64,000 nt of DNA from Anolis carolinensis (Eukaryota). The stretch covers positions 11,643,190-11,707,189 of the forward strand of contig NC_085846.1 of NCBI RefSeq assembly GCF_035594765.1. The letters are read 5' to 3'. The notes below the pieces were generated by a model that worked only from the letters and a program-made list of their open reading frames with translations, was not told the origin of the DNA and made no database searches. Shown here in pieces: positions 24,543 through 43,744 of this stretch (the first letter of the stretch is position 1; each line of letters starts with the position of its first letter). The position numbers were made by a program, and so were the translations under genes.

Positions 24543-24544
<2 letters not shown>

Positions 24545-24619
<75 letters not shown>

Positions 24620-24632
24620 ATGTGTGTGTGTG
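24545..24632. repeat. Compound (CT)n(AT)n(GT)n microsatellite
   Basis: Directly visible. Confidence 0.95.
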
Positions 24633-24731
24633 CATTACAGCTCTGCTATCCTCGCAACCATATTCTGTTCATATAATCCCAACTTCAGCATCTGATCCTC
24701 TGTCATATAGGCATAGAGTTACCAAGTGAAA

Positions 24732-24935
24732 TAAGGTTGGTACATAAATTAAGGGACAGGTTGTGTATAAGAAGGAATTTCTGCATACATCACAAGCCAG
24801 ACCTACAGAAGTTTGCTCTTTGTGTACAAGAGTAAACATCTTTTAAGTCTGTCCTGTGATGCAAGCAGAAATTCCTCTTTTACACAACTATTAAACAACT
24901 AGGAGCCCTGTCCCTTAATTTATGCACCAGCCTTA
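24732..24935. mobile_element. Palindromic MITE (Harbinger-like)
   Basis: Arms taaggttggtacataaattaagggacagg / cctgtcccttaatttatgcaccagcctta, with further internal complementarity. Confidence 0.65.
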
Positions 24936-26358
24936 CTTAAGCCTCACATTGAAAAACCAACACCATTTTTTCCCTGTATGTATGGGCATCGCCTAAGAGA
25001 TGTGCAAACTTCAGTGTAAACAACTTTGTTACTCACATTATGCAAGCTATTTAAATAAATCAAATTTATTGCATCAAATCCTGGAGCCAAATCAGGCTAT
25101 ACCGGGCTTTCCCCATATACCAGCATTGAATGGTTTCCAGGAACTTGTGTGGATTTCCACTCATTACCATTTTAAAGGTTGAGGCGCAACTTCTAAAGCA
25201 GTGGTTTTCAGACTTTCTGATGTACAATATCCGCAGCTTCAAGAAGCATACCACAGTATTGCACTGGAGTGCCTAGAAAATATCTAGAAAGAACATTTTT
25301 TTGGATGAAGGTACGAAAAATCACAGGTATCAGCCCCCAGAATACAAGTACCGACATGATCTTGAAAATGTATACATTTAATATCATGCAATGAAAGGTG
25401 GATCACAATGCCTGGAGGCTTCCAAGATAGCATTCACCCAAGTTTTACTCAGAAAAAGGCAAACACCTTGGTGAATGTGTCTGGGATGTGGAAAAAAGCT
25501 TTGGGGGATATATCAGGTCCCAGCAGTGAACTTTGTCCCTCCTTTGTCCCTTCTTGGCCAGGTAACAATATCCTGGGCAAGACTTTAGCTCTGGATCAAA
25601 TCACCATGTAGTTTTGGCCAGAGGCAAAAGGCTTCAATGCATCCCTGTTGAGAATATTTACCATATCAAATATTCAACCAGAGCTCTGCAGTCGCCCAAA
25701 TGTTTTTCTAGGGAGATTGCCAACCAGCAGACTCCATGCCTCACCTAAGTTCATGATGTGTCAAACATGTCCCAAAACACCTCAACCAACTAAGTCCCAC
25801 CCTAAGTAATATGACACATGATACAAGGACTACATGGTTTTTAAATATATAAATCATGGTTTTAATAGAAATGGCAAGACCAAAAAAAAAAAAACCATTC
25901 TAAGACATCACAAACACTTTTGAGAAAAATACACCACCACATTCCAGCCTAAGGACAGCAGCACTCAAAGGCTTCCAACCAGTTGTACAGAGACATTTGA
26001 GAACACAGCCAAAAATCCATTTCAAATTTGACCTCTGGATCTCAGAAATAAAGTGGTCTGTGGAGACTAGTGAAGTTTAGAGCCACATAAACAGCTTTTT
26101 TGGGAGCTGTGTCAGAACTGCATTTTGCTCACTCCTGCCCAACAGTAAATAGTTTTATTAGGGTACTTCTAGGAACACAAAGGGAAAGATACCTCACCTC
26201 TACTATGCAAATATACACAGATCCTCTTAGATACAGATGTTCTTTCCTACAACTCCAGAAAAAATGAGAAAAGATTCTGAAATCATCTTCTCTGTTGGAA
26301 AGTAGAAGATTAAGAGTAAGATCCTTTGGACCTTGAAGTATATCATCACAGCCTTTAG

Positions 26359-26493
26359 CAGTGGTTCTCAACCTGTGGGTCCCCAGATGTTTTGGTCTTC
26401 GACTCCCAGAAATCCTAGTAGTTGGTAAACTGGCTGGGATTTCTGGGACTTGTAGGCCAAAACATCTGGGGACCCACAGGTTGAGAACCACTG
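26359..26493. mobile_element. Palindromic hAT MITE (CAGTGGTTCTCAAC family)
   Basis: TIRs plus 8-bp TSD gcctttag/gcctatag. Confidence 0.9.
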
Positions 26494-26595
26494 GCCTATA
26501 GGAACAAAAGCAGGCAACAAAACAGGCCCTAAGAAAGGTGCTATTGGATGCTGGGAGAAACCTCATATTTTGAGCAATGCTAAATAAATACTCTG

Positions 26596-26790
26596 AAGGT
26601 ACCAGATTCTATCTGATATCAGAAGCTAAGCAGAGTCAGCCCAGGTTAGTATTTGGATTGGGGACCACCAACCAGTATTAAGCAATGTAGGACGTATTTC
26701 AGAGAAAAGAACTGGCATAACCACTTATGAGTATTCCTTGCCAAAGAAAAACTTATGGAACACATTGCGGTTTTATTACATTGCAGATGT
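26596..26790 (+). mobile_element. 5S rRNA-derived SINE
   Basis: tctgatatcagaagctaagcagagtcagcccaggttagtatttggattggggaccacc is a diverged 5S A/IE/C box region, followed by a non-5S tail. Confidence 0.75.
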
Positions 26791-26859
26791 TATTTCCAGA
26801 AATAAATACAGTAACATCTAGAAAGCTTTGGCCCTTCAGATGTTGACTATGTATCTTCA

Positions 26860-27030
26860 AGTTGCCTGTCAAGTTATAGGGACCCCATGAATTCAATAGA
26901 GTTTTCTTAGATAAGGGATACTCAGATGTGGTTTTGCCACTTCCTCTGAAACATGGCCTACGCTACCCTGTATTTGCTGGCAATCTCCCATTCAAGTGTG
27001 AACCAGGACTGACCCTGCTTAGGTTTAATC
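26860..27030 (-). mobile_element. 5S rRNA-derived SINE, inverted copy
   Basis: Reverse complement taagcagggtcagtcctggttcacacttgaatgggagattgcc...gtagcgtaggc. Confidence 0.7.
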
Positions 27031-29652
27031 TGACAGGTGCCTTTGTGGCTTTTAGACAGAGCTGTTGACTACAACTACCATATTCCTTTCTTATTGGTCA
27101 TAATGGTCAACGTTTCTGGGAGTTTTTGTCCAATAATTTCAATGGAAATATATTTCTTCATTTCAAGATAATAATGTTGCACCACAAACTTCCTAAGATT
27201 GCTGTCATGTATGAAGGGGACTTTGGGGTGGCACAGTGACAGCACAATGTACAGCTTGCAGAGAATGACCCATGGGCACACTAAAGTGAGTTCTGCAAGT
27301 CGTAAGTGGAGAAACACAGAATGCCCCTTTTATAGAAAGGAGATCCATAATATCCTTAGAATACATGGGCATTTCCTTTCAACCGCAGACCCGGCAGAAA
27401 ATGGCACCAGTTGTCAGGTCATACCTGCAAGAAAATAAGCTTTCAAGGCACCGAGTGAGAGGTCAGTGTGGATGCCGGGAAGCAAAGGATTCTCTCCCAC
27501 AAAGAACAGGGGAAAGATGTTGAATGGGCTGAATTTCTGCATGAATTCAAGCCCGGAACAAATGTTTTGATATAGGTATAAAAGCTGGATAGTAAAAAAA
27601 AAAAGTGTGAAAAAGAGAATCAACATTTGAAATGTGATCCTGGAAAAGGGTTCTACGGATGCATGCAGTGCCACAAATCAAGCATGAAGCCAAAAATGAC
27701 TAAATGAAAGCTACTGTAGTTTGACCACATCATTAGACAACATTTACAAAGATAATGTCTGATAAAGTGGGAGGCAGTAGGAAAAGAGGAAGACTGTATT
27801 ACAAGTAGATAGGCTCTATCAAATTAGCCACAGCCCTGAGGATCTGGGCAAAGTTGTGTCTTGGCGACCTTTCACTGTGTGAGGGTTTGTAAAAGAGGCA
27901 CCACGATGTGATGAGTTGACTGGAAAGGGCATGTGGGAACAGCTGATTGGCTGAGCCAGTCAGGAGCCAGAATTCCAATTGGCTGCTGTCTCTAGCTTGG
28001 TGCTGAGACAAACGGTTTTAACTGCCACTTTCATCTCGGAGAGGGAGGAGAGCAGCTGACTGGAAAATGGTCAGGAAGGAAATGGCTGCCATACTCTCCG
28101 AAGCCTGATTACTTATAAGGCAAATAAGGCATATTTAAAGGAACTGTTTATTCCCTATGTTCTCTGTGTGAATTCAGAAAGGTTACTATATATATTGTTG
28201 CCCTGTTTGAACTTTTGAACTGAAGTAAAGATACTGTTACTTGTTACACAAGCCTGAGTGGCATTTTATTATACTGCAGGGTTTATCTTGATTCAGAAAC
28301 TGTGGTAAAGCATCTATTTATTTACTTCTACAACCTCAACACATTGAACGAGTCACCATTAAGTCAAAGCTGACTAGCTGCAAATGGCAACAACTGTCCA
28401 CAGAAATGAGGCTATGCATAGGAACAAGCTACTGCCACAATACAAAACGGGAGTCTGGTAGGGTTGCCATATTACATCCAAGATGGAACTTTTGCTTCTT
28501 CGGACAGAATGCCCACCACCTTTCCTACAAAACAATTAAAGTCATTGTAACACTGACTGGGGCTGTGTATCGAGGATACTTCTTTTGGATGACAATATGA
28601 CAACTCTGGATTTAAGTGAGTCCTGAAAAGGTAAAGCTCATTTCCATGTGGACTTCACATGTACACATACATACGTGTGAGAGTAGAAACTTTACTCAGT
28701 CCCCAAAGTACCAACACCAGCCATTCCCAGGTTCTCCTGAACACTGGGTTTGGGAAATCACAGTAGTTGCCATATAAGGGACTGACATTATAGCATAAGC
28801 AGAGCACATATTACAGAGCAGGACTAGGCAACTGTACCCGCTCTAGTGTCTTTGAATGCTACTCCCATCATCCCTGGTTATACTGACGAGCTGATAAGAG
28901 TTGCACCTAATGCCCCATCCCTCCCTCATCCAGCCATCTTTAGAATGCCCTAAGGTTAATTCTTGGCATTTCCAGTTAAAGTAGTTCAAGAAGAGACTGG
29001 TTACTTGCTGCAACCAGTCCAAACACAGAGAATCAATCTAAATTGATAACTAATAGAATACACCAACTGGCAGGGCTTTTTATCTCTCTTCTGTTACAAT
29101 CCAACTATTTCACAAGGCTAAGGACAAAGTAAGCTATAGCTGTATTTACTGTTTCTGGAGAAGTTTTTCTCCAGATATTTGCCCCTTCAAACACCTCTCG
29201 ATACCCTATGCATAAAAACCAATATTGGCTAGGAGGTAAGGAAGACACAGTGAGGGGTCAGGAAGGAATTTACTTGACACCTGTTTCAGAGGCAACAAGC
29301 AATGCACAAACACACACACGCCCTTAGTATTGTCCCTGCAGTCTTGGGACAGCTTTCATTCCTGCTTGCCAAAACACACCCAACACAAGGTGACATAGGT
29401 AGAACACACCATCACCTTACACCTTTCTGGGAAAGTCCTTCAGTCCAAACACCAGCCCAGTTCAGCCTTTGCTTCAACACAAAGACACAGGCACTGCGGT
29501 TCCCAGCCGGAGTAATTGAGAAGGCAAATGGATCAGTTTTGAACTCTCCAAGTTCAGCCTTTGTTGGGCTTTTGTTGTTGTTGTTTTTTTCCTTCCCACC
29601 TCCAAGCAATGGTTTTGGAATAGAAGAAAATGGCAGACAGGATTCCAGCTTT

Positions 29653-36145
<6,493 letters not shown>

Positions 36146-36895
36146 CTAGTAATTGTGTCATTTCAAGTCATTTCTGACTTGGTTCATCCACACTACAGCT
36201 TTTTAAAGCTTTTCCACTCGTGATCCCTTTGCACCTCCAACATCCTTACATGACTCCAAGTATAAAGGTATACAAAACAGATATAAAAAATCAAATATTT
36301 ATGATAATTAACCAGCATTTGCAAGGCTTGTTAAGTAGGCTGCCCTTCCCTTTTGTGGAGTACAGCTGAAGCATTTTCTGTAGAGTCCACTGTAAAGACT
36401 GCACACTATAGCTAACAGAATTGTGTAAATGGTGGCTTTCAGAAACCTTTCACTGTTGCCAAATTGTTCATGACCACACCATTGATCTTGGAGGGATTAA
36501 TTTGGGGTCTGGATCCACCGATACAGAAGAAGTAATCAACACTCGGGCTCCATCAACACTGCCATATAAAATCCAGATTATCGGCTTTGAACTGGATTAT
36601 ATGGCAGTGTAGACTCATATAATCCAGTTCAAGGTAGATAATCTGGATTATCTTATTTGTTAATCAGGATTATATGGCAGTGTAGATCAAGCCTTCATTG
36701 GAAATGACTTAAAAGGGCACAATAACAACCCAGAAAGAGCAATAAAGACAAGAAGGAATAAATTACTTCTAAAGTCCTGGGATGAGGAATTCAACTGGGT
36801 CATGAAGTAAAATAAAATAAAAAAAACCTGCTAGTGCTGGAGTGCAACGATACCAGGTATTGGCAAACTTCGGCCCTCCAGGTTCTTTGGATTTC

Positions 36896-36943
<48 letters not shown>

Positions 36944-37016
36944 TTTATTTTTATACCCTGCCTCCTCAAAGGGGACTCAGGGCAGCTTACATGGGGCCAA
37001 GCCCGAATAAAAACAA

Positions 37017-37546
37017 TCTATATATATAAAAGAGTGATGGCATCAGGGCAGCGGACAAAACAACAAAACTACAGGCCCCCCAACCTCGAAATTTGACAAC
37101 ACAACCCATCATTCACGGCTCTAGGTTGATACAAAAAAAAAGAAAAGAAAAGTAAAGTCCTAATTAGAGGGAGAGGAATAATAGTTTTTATCCAATTGCT
37201 GCCAGTTTGAAGGCTAAGCTCCACCCACTTGGTCTCCTAGCAACCTACTCAGCCCAGGAGACAGGCACAGTTAGGCCTCACTTAGGATTTGAACTGGATT
37301 ATATGGCAGTGTAGACTCAAGGCCCTTCCACACAGCTATATAACCCATTTAGAATTTTATATTATCTTATATTATCTGCTTTGAACTAGATTATCTGGAC
37401 TCCACACTGCCATATAATCCACTTCAGTGTGCATACTAAACATAAAGACAACCATACAACAGACATTCAATACCACCACTACCTCAACAATTTCTCACCA
37501 ACACCACCAGACAACACCACAGCAACATGTGGCCGGGCACAGCTAG
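37017..37546 (+). mobile_element. Non-autonomous Helitron
   Basis: A|TC...CTAG|T insertion signature, subterminal hairpin CCACA-gcaaca-TGTGG about 10 nt before CTAG, no TSD; inserted in an L2 tail on the minus strand. Confidence 0.8.
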
Positions 37547-37932
37547 TAGCAATATAAAACACAACAATAGACAAAAGACATGCACAATTATAAAAATTTA
37601 AACATTAGCCAATAGAAACAAATGACAAGAACTAATAAAAACATGGATTAAAACGGAGAGGTTGTAAAAGTAGACTGGGTAAGGTGCACCATATAAATAT
37701 TGTAAACACGAGGTGACTGATAAAGTGCTGCAAATTCTTGGAAGTGCAAATTGGGATGGGAATAGACCCTGTGTCTATATCAAGTTGACAAAGGTAAAAA
37801 GTCCCCAATTCCTAAAAGCCTACCAGCTATTGAGAACAAAGAAATGCTGGACCACTCCAGCTAATCCAATGGTTCTCAACCTATGGGTCCCCAGATACTT
37901 TGGCCTTAAACTCCCAGAAATCCTAACAGCTT

Positions 37933-38080
37933 AGTTTCCAACAGACCTCACAACCTCTGAGGATGCTTGTCATACATGTGGGCAAAACGTCAGGAGAGAG
38001 TGCTTCTGGAACATGGCCATACAGCCTGGAAAACTCACAGCAGCCTAGTAATTCCGGCCATGAAAGCCTTCGACAACACA
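37933..38080 (+). mobile_element. Penelope-like element 3' end (pLTR fragment)
   Basis: Homologous to 40230-40333; contains a hammerhead motif. Confidence 0.75.
37954..37994 (+). ncRNA. Minimal type I hammerhead ribozyme relic
   Basis: CCT-CTGAGGA-T-GCTTGT/GTGGGC-AAAAC-GTC-AGG; the core GAAA is mutated to AAAA. Confidence 0.65.
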
Positions 38081-38415
38081 TTGAGAAGAAATAGACTGCA
38101 GTGGGTTTAAGAGACTGGCAGGTGGTTAAAAGGGGGGGGGGGATGGGGAATATTATGGAATACAAAGGGAGGGGAAAGAATGGGAGATGTTATGGGTTGG
38201 AGATAAGGGTGGAGTCTTGTCAATGGGGGAGAGGATAAAGAGAAATCCGTAAGAGGAGATGGAGAAGAAGAAAAGGGAATGAATTATGAAATGGGGAACA
38301 ATCTGTATTGTAATGCAAGGATGGGTAATATACTGAGCAGAGAAAAAGAAAGATAAAAAATTTAAATATATGTGTTTCTTTCCTTTGGGATAAGGAATGG
38401 GAAGGGGCTTCTCAC

Positions 38416-38560
38416 CTGCTACAATGGGAGATCCCTTTGGAGGGCTGGGGCGGTTCCCTCTCTGGTCCGCTACTCCTGCCTCTCTCTCTCTTCTCGCCCC
38501 TCCCTTTCCCTATCTCTGTCTCAACTCTAGTCTAGGGCTCCTCCTCTGAGGGACCCGGAT
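38416..38560 (-). other. MAPK7: Putative MAPK7 non-coding exon 1
   Basis: CAG|GTGAGA donor at 38416/38415 downstream of a GC/CCAAT-rich promoter; the 5' end is uncertain. Confidence 0.55.
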
Positions 38561-38745
38561 GTTACGGCTTCGAATCCTCCTCGGCCAATCACAACACTGG
38601 GAGGCGTGGCCACGGAGGAGAAGCGGCGAGGCGTGGCAAGGAGACTACTTATGCTTGATTGGTTGGATGTTATTTAAGTCCCACCCCACTCCCTAATCTG
38701 AGCCAATAGGTAAACTTTAGGAGAGGTCCGGAGCCAATGAAAAAA
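38560..38745 (-). promoter_or_regulatory. MAPK7 promoter with multiple CCAAT and GC boxes
   Basis: CCAAT/ATTGG at about 38585, 38658, 38703 and 38734; GGCGTGGC twice; local CpG enrichment. Confidence 0.65.
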
Positions 38746-39852
38746 GGGGAGATGGGGAAAGCAAAGAACACAAACAAGTTTTATTGCCGCTTTAAGCCTC
38801 TGCGTTGGGAGAGGAAAGAGTCGAAAATCAGGACAATAAATAAAGAACAATACTCAGAAAACAGGGGAATTCCAGACAGGAAACAATCAGGGCCAGCTAA
38901 CACTGCCCAACAGAGGATTCCCCCAGGCAGGAAGCAGCCAGGCTTTGAAGCTTCGAGGCCATTGTCTGTTTGATGTAAGTGTGAATGTTCCAATTGGCCA
39001 CCTTGAAATCAGGACAGTAAGTAAAGAAAAACACTCAGAAAACTAGGGAATTCCAGACAGGAAACAATCAGGGCCAGCTAACACCTCCCAACAAAGGATT
39101 CTCCCAGGCAGGAAGCAGCCAGGATTTGAAGCTGCAAGGCCATTTAATGCTAATGAAGGTAGCCAATTGTCTGTTTGAGGTAAGTGTGAATGTTCCAATT
39201 GGCCACCTTGAAATCAGGACAGTAAGTAAAAAAAAAAAAACACTCAGAAAACTGGGAAATTCCAAACAGGAAGCAATCAGGGCCAGCTAACACTGCCCAA
39301 CAGAGGATTCCCCCAGGCAGGAAGCAGCCAGGATTTGAAACTGCAAGGCCATTTAATGTTAATGAAGGTAGCCAATTGTCTGTTTGAGGTAAGTGTGAAT
39401 GTTCCAATTGGCCACCTTGAAATCAGGACAGTAAGTAAAAAAAAAAAACACTCAGAAAACTGGGGAATTCCAAACAGGAAGCAATCAGGGCCAGCTAACA
39501 CTGCCCAACAGAGGATTCCCCCAGGCAGGAAGCAGCCAGGCTTTGAAGCTTCGAGGCCATTGTCTGTTTGATGTAAGTGTGAATGTTCCAATTGGCCACC
39601 TTGAAATCAGGACAGTAAGTAAAGAAAAACACTCAGAAAACTAGGGAATTCCAGACAGGAAACAATCAGGCCAGCTAACACCTCCCAACAAAGGATTCCC
39701 CCAGGCAGGAAGCAGCCAGGATTTGAAGCTGCAAGGCCATTTAATGCTAATGAAGGTAGCCAATTGTCTGAGGTAAGTGTGAATGTTCCAATTGGCCACC
39801 TTGAAATCAGGACAGTAAGTAAAAAAAACACTCAGAAAACTGGGGAATTCCA

Positions 39853-40333
39853 GCCTGGACACAGAATACTATTTGAGAACACAAAAATGCTGGACCATTC
39901 AAACAACTATCATGTCAGACTACACAGAGAAGCCATTGAAATCCACAAGCATGTGGACAACTTCAACAGAAAGGAAGAAACCATGAAAATGAACAAAATC
40001 TGGCTACCAGTTTTACAAAACTCCAAAATCAAAACATTAGAACGGGAACCAACACAATGAGGACTTGACTGAACAAAGGATGCCCCCAGGCAAGGGACAA
40101 AACATTTCCAATGCCAATTTGGGTGATTAACTGAAACATTAATGCTGGCTCCCAGTGACAAAGGACTCTTGCCACACCTTGGACTATACACAGATATATA
40201 TTCTTTCCTTTCCTTACTTAGTTTATCCATACCTCACAACCTCTGAGGATGCCTGCCATAGATGTGGGCGAAATGTCAGGAGAGAATACTTCTGGAACAT
40301 GGCCACACAGCCCGAAAGACATACAACAACCCT
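39853..40333 (+). mobile_element. Penelope-like element 3' portion (GIY-YIG C-terminus + pLTR)
   Basis: PGHRILFENTKMLDHSNNYHVRLHREAIEIHKHVDNFNRKEE...W is a PLE GIY-YIG tail, followed by a hammerhead motif. Confidence 0.85.
40240..40280 (+). ncRNA. Minimal type I hammerhead ribozyme
   Basis: CCT-CTGAGGA-T-GCCTGC/GTGGGC-GAAAT-GTC-AGG; core intact, stem III ACGT changed to ATGT. Confidence 0.7.
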
Positions 40334-41177
40334 GTTTGAGGTAAGTTTGAATGTTCCAATTGGCCACCTTGAAATCAGGACAGTAAATTAAAAAAAACAC
40401 TCAGAAAACTGGGGAATTCCAGACAGGAAACAATCAGGGCCAGCTAACACCACCCAACAAAGGATTCCCCCAGGCAGGAGCTCATTTGTTGGTGGAGATG
40501 TATTCTTCCATCTCTGTGCATAAAACTGTGATCACTATATTGTAGCTCTAATCACTGTATTACAGTAGTCTTCTATGATTTTTCTCCAACTGCTTACCCA
40601 TAAGACAAAGTTCAAGTTTCAAATGAATGTTAATATTACGAAGAATAAATTTTATTTTTGCCCGCCTCGCTTCAAGACTCGAACCAGGCTACAACACTGT
40701 TAAAATACATAAGATTAAATACACGAGACCATGAAAACACATATATTAAAAGACATAGCCCTAAGATTAAAACACAATAAAATAATTTGGATCCTCTGCA
40801 TTAACAGCAACGCTTTTGGGTTTCTCATACATCTTCCACACGTGGCATCTCTTTCTGATTAGCATTATAGCTTTGGAAACAAGACTCTAAAAAATTGTTT
40901 ATTCCACTTCTAAAACAGGAAAACACCATTGTAGCACATAGCAGAGTCAGTTATTTAAAACTGGAGGGTCCCTTTAAACCAAATGGCTTTAAAGTTTCAT
41001 TCCAAGTTTGGCAGCAGGATAATTTATTAAAAATGTAGAAAATATTTATAGGGGAACATTTTTGGAAACAACCATTTTAAAGAGAAATACTCCATCTGTC
41101 TGGTAAAGAGTGTTGTATGGATTTGATTTGAATTAAGAGAAGGCATGCTTCCAAGGCCAGAATTAATTACAGTCTAT

Positions 41178-41400
41178 GGGTGCATCTCTATACTGTAATA
41201 TTAATGCAGTTTGACACAACTTTAACTCCCATAGCTCAATGCTATGGATTCCTGGGGCTGGAAGTTTGGTGAGGCACCAGCACTCTTTGGCAGAGAAGGC
41301 TAAAAACCTTGTAAAACTACAACTCCCATGGTTGTATAGCATGAAGACATGGCAGTTAAAGTGGTGTCACACTACGTTAATTCTACAATATACAATGTAC
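41178..41400. mobile_element. Palindromic Harbinger-type MITE; other copies at about 9595-9765, 10460-10655, 47867-48078, 48735-49350, 49651-50000 and 63155-63295
   Basis: gggtgcatct...aatgcagtttgacac...gtgtcaaactgcatt...agatgcaccc fold-back family repeated across the window. Confidence 0.7.
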
Positions 41401-42382
41401 TCTATGTCATGAAACCAAAGCTTTAAAAAACCTACCATTTTTGGAACAGCACTATTCTGGCAAGAGGATTCTGCAACTTGCTCAAAAAAAAGGACTTTTC
41501 AAAGCTCTGCATGTCCAGGTAGATCTATGCAAACAACAAAAAAGCAGTAATATAGTGGTTTTAGCATTGAACGGATGACTCTTGAGACCAGGGTTCAAAT
41601 CTGTGCCCATAAATGAAAATTAGCCAAGTGGACTTGAACCAAGTTGCACTCTCTAAGCCGCAAATGAAGGGAAAGGAAAACCAATCTTGCCAACAAAACC
41701 CCATGATAGGTTCACCAAAAGTCAGAAATTCCTTGGACACACAAAAAATATGCAACAAATGCTGCTATTGAGTTTATTAAACGCTTAAAAGAAATGATGC
41801 CTCACACTCAAAATATAACTTATTTCCAAAATGATATATTATCACTATAACGTTATAATACTGAGCACATCAGGTACATGGCTGATAATATAATATACAA
41901 CACCAGAGAGGGGAATATTATTTCCATAAAATAGATGTCATTCTCCCCAATAAACCAAGTTTGACGCATCATGCCTCATACCTACAGGTATGTTACACTT
42001 TAAAGCAAGGAATACCAAAGTTTTCCAGATGTTATTAGATTGCAACTCCCATCCACCCTAAGAGTATAGCCAATTGTGAAGAATATTTGCAGTTCAGCAT
42101 CTGGATGTGATGTATTACCACCCAGACCAGCCCTATTACAGCTTGAGCATCATTTATCCAGAATTCCAAAATCAGAAATATCCCAAAAACAAATTGTGGC
42201 TGAGATATTGACATCTTTGCTTTCCGGTGGTATAATGTACACAAACCTAGTTTCACTCACAAAATCATTCTAAATCTTGTGCATATTAATTTCCTTCAGA
42301 TATGTGTATAAATTATCTATAAAAGATGAACTTCCATCTTTAGACTTAGATTCTATCTCTGAGATATCTCAACATGTACATC

Positions 42383-42433
<51 letters not shown>

Positions 42434-43744
42434 CATCATCCTGCTTTCCTTTCTTATTTGAGATCTAAAGCAGCTTCTGAGACTCAAAGCGGCAAATATA
42501 GGTATTCCAAAATCCAAATTCCGAAACATTTCTGGCCCCAATCATTTTGGATAAGGGAAACTCAACCAGTATTAGCCATGGTGAAGCAATTGCTTCAGAT
42601 GGATGTAATGGCAACCTACCATCCTCTCCTCCTGAATACAACAGCCTTTCTCGCTGTTGAAAGTCCAGATTTATACATGCCATGTCATTTGTGCTGTGAC
42701 CCATAAACTAACCTGTTCCTTATAGTGGATAAGGCTATCCCAATGCAAAAACCAGCATAAGTTCTTTCTCCTCATGCTTCCCTACATACCCTTCTCTAGA
42801 AATCCTTGGACTCAAAGCCTCTTATGTATTATGTTTGAGCTTCCCAGAGGCTTAAAAACACAAACTCAGGAAAATGTTCTTTATATATGTATTTTCACTG
42901 CCTATTTGAATAGGAACTTCTAAAAAAATCACACTTTTACACAGACAGAGAAACCAACCATCACACTCATATTGAATATATAAACAAGAATATTCTTTTC
43001 TCTTATTAGCAGAATTAAAGCAAAACCTAGCAGCTTGAAGGGTGGTGAGGTAGAGGAGGGGTTCTTGAGACAGACAAGTAGCCCAATTATAATGCTGCTT
43101 TCTCTGGAGAGATCCAGCTCAACCTTGCAGGATAGCACTTGAATTTTAGCTACTGAGACCCAACATTTTTGAGATGGGATACAGGGGACAAAACATTTAC
43201 ATGATGGAAGACGTGAACTACAGTTTTGTCAGTTTCATTTGGGGTTGAAAGAATCAGATAGAAGCAGTGGGGCAAAGCCTAAGAGACCGTGTTTCCCCAT
43301 TTTGGAAGGGAAGTGGAATCTAATGGTTAGAGTCACTTGTAAGATCTACCATGACCTATGTTAGCAGGAATGGCATGAGAGAGAGACTGTAGACTGGGAA
43401 TTTAGCACGTATCTTGGGTTTTCTCTTGTGCCCAACAACCTATCCAGCTGTTAGAAAGTCTATGAGCAGTTTAGAAGCGCCAATAGCCAGTCAAGAACAT
43501 TTCTACTGGTACAGGAATCCACAAATAATCACCTTTCCAGGAATACCTTCTTCTCACTTGTCAAGACATGTGAGCAACAGTGAAGCTCTGTGTAGGGTCA
43601 CTCATGGTAAGGAACTCTATCCTAGTGACTAGAGCAGAACTGTGACATTTAGAAGAGTTTTAGGGCTAAGTCATGCTGCAATTAGATCTTCCCTAACCCC
43701 TTAACCCACTTCCCGACCCAAAACTCATGCCACCTTAGATGCTT

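Larger units (their letters stand above)
38823..40479 (+). repeat. Tandem array of 182-209 bp Penelope-derived units, interrupted by a second Penelope fragment
   Basis: Unit starts (gaaatcaggaca) at about 38823, 39005, 39210, 39419, 39603, 39803 and 40371. Confidence 0.9.

Noticed and set aside
26596-26700. 5S rRNA gene
   Set aside because: Heavily diverged and fused to a shared non-5S tail, so a SINE rather than a gene.
27716-28343. Possible solo LTR
   Set aside because: LTR-like composition, but no TSD or clear termini could be fixed.
38823-40479. CRISPR-like array or retrozyme
   Set aside because: Eukaryotic DNA with no unique spacers; the repeat units themselves lack a hammerhead.
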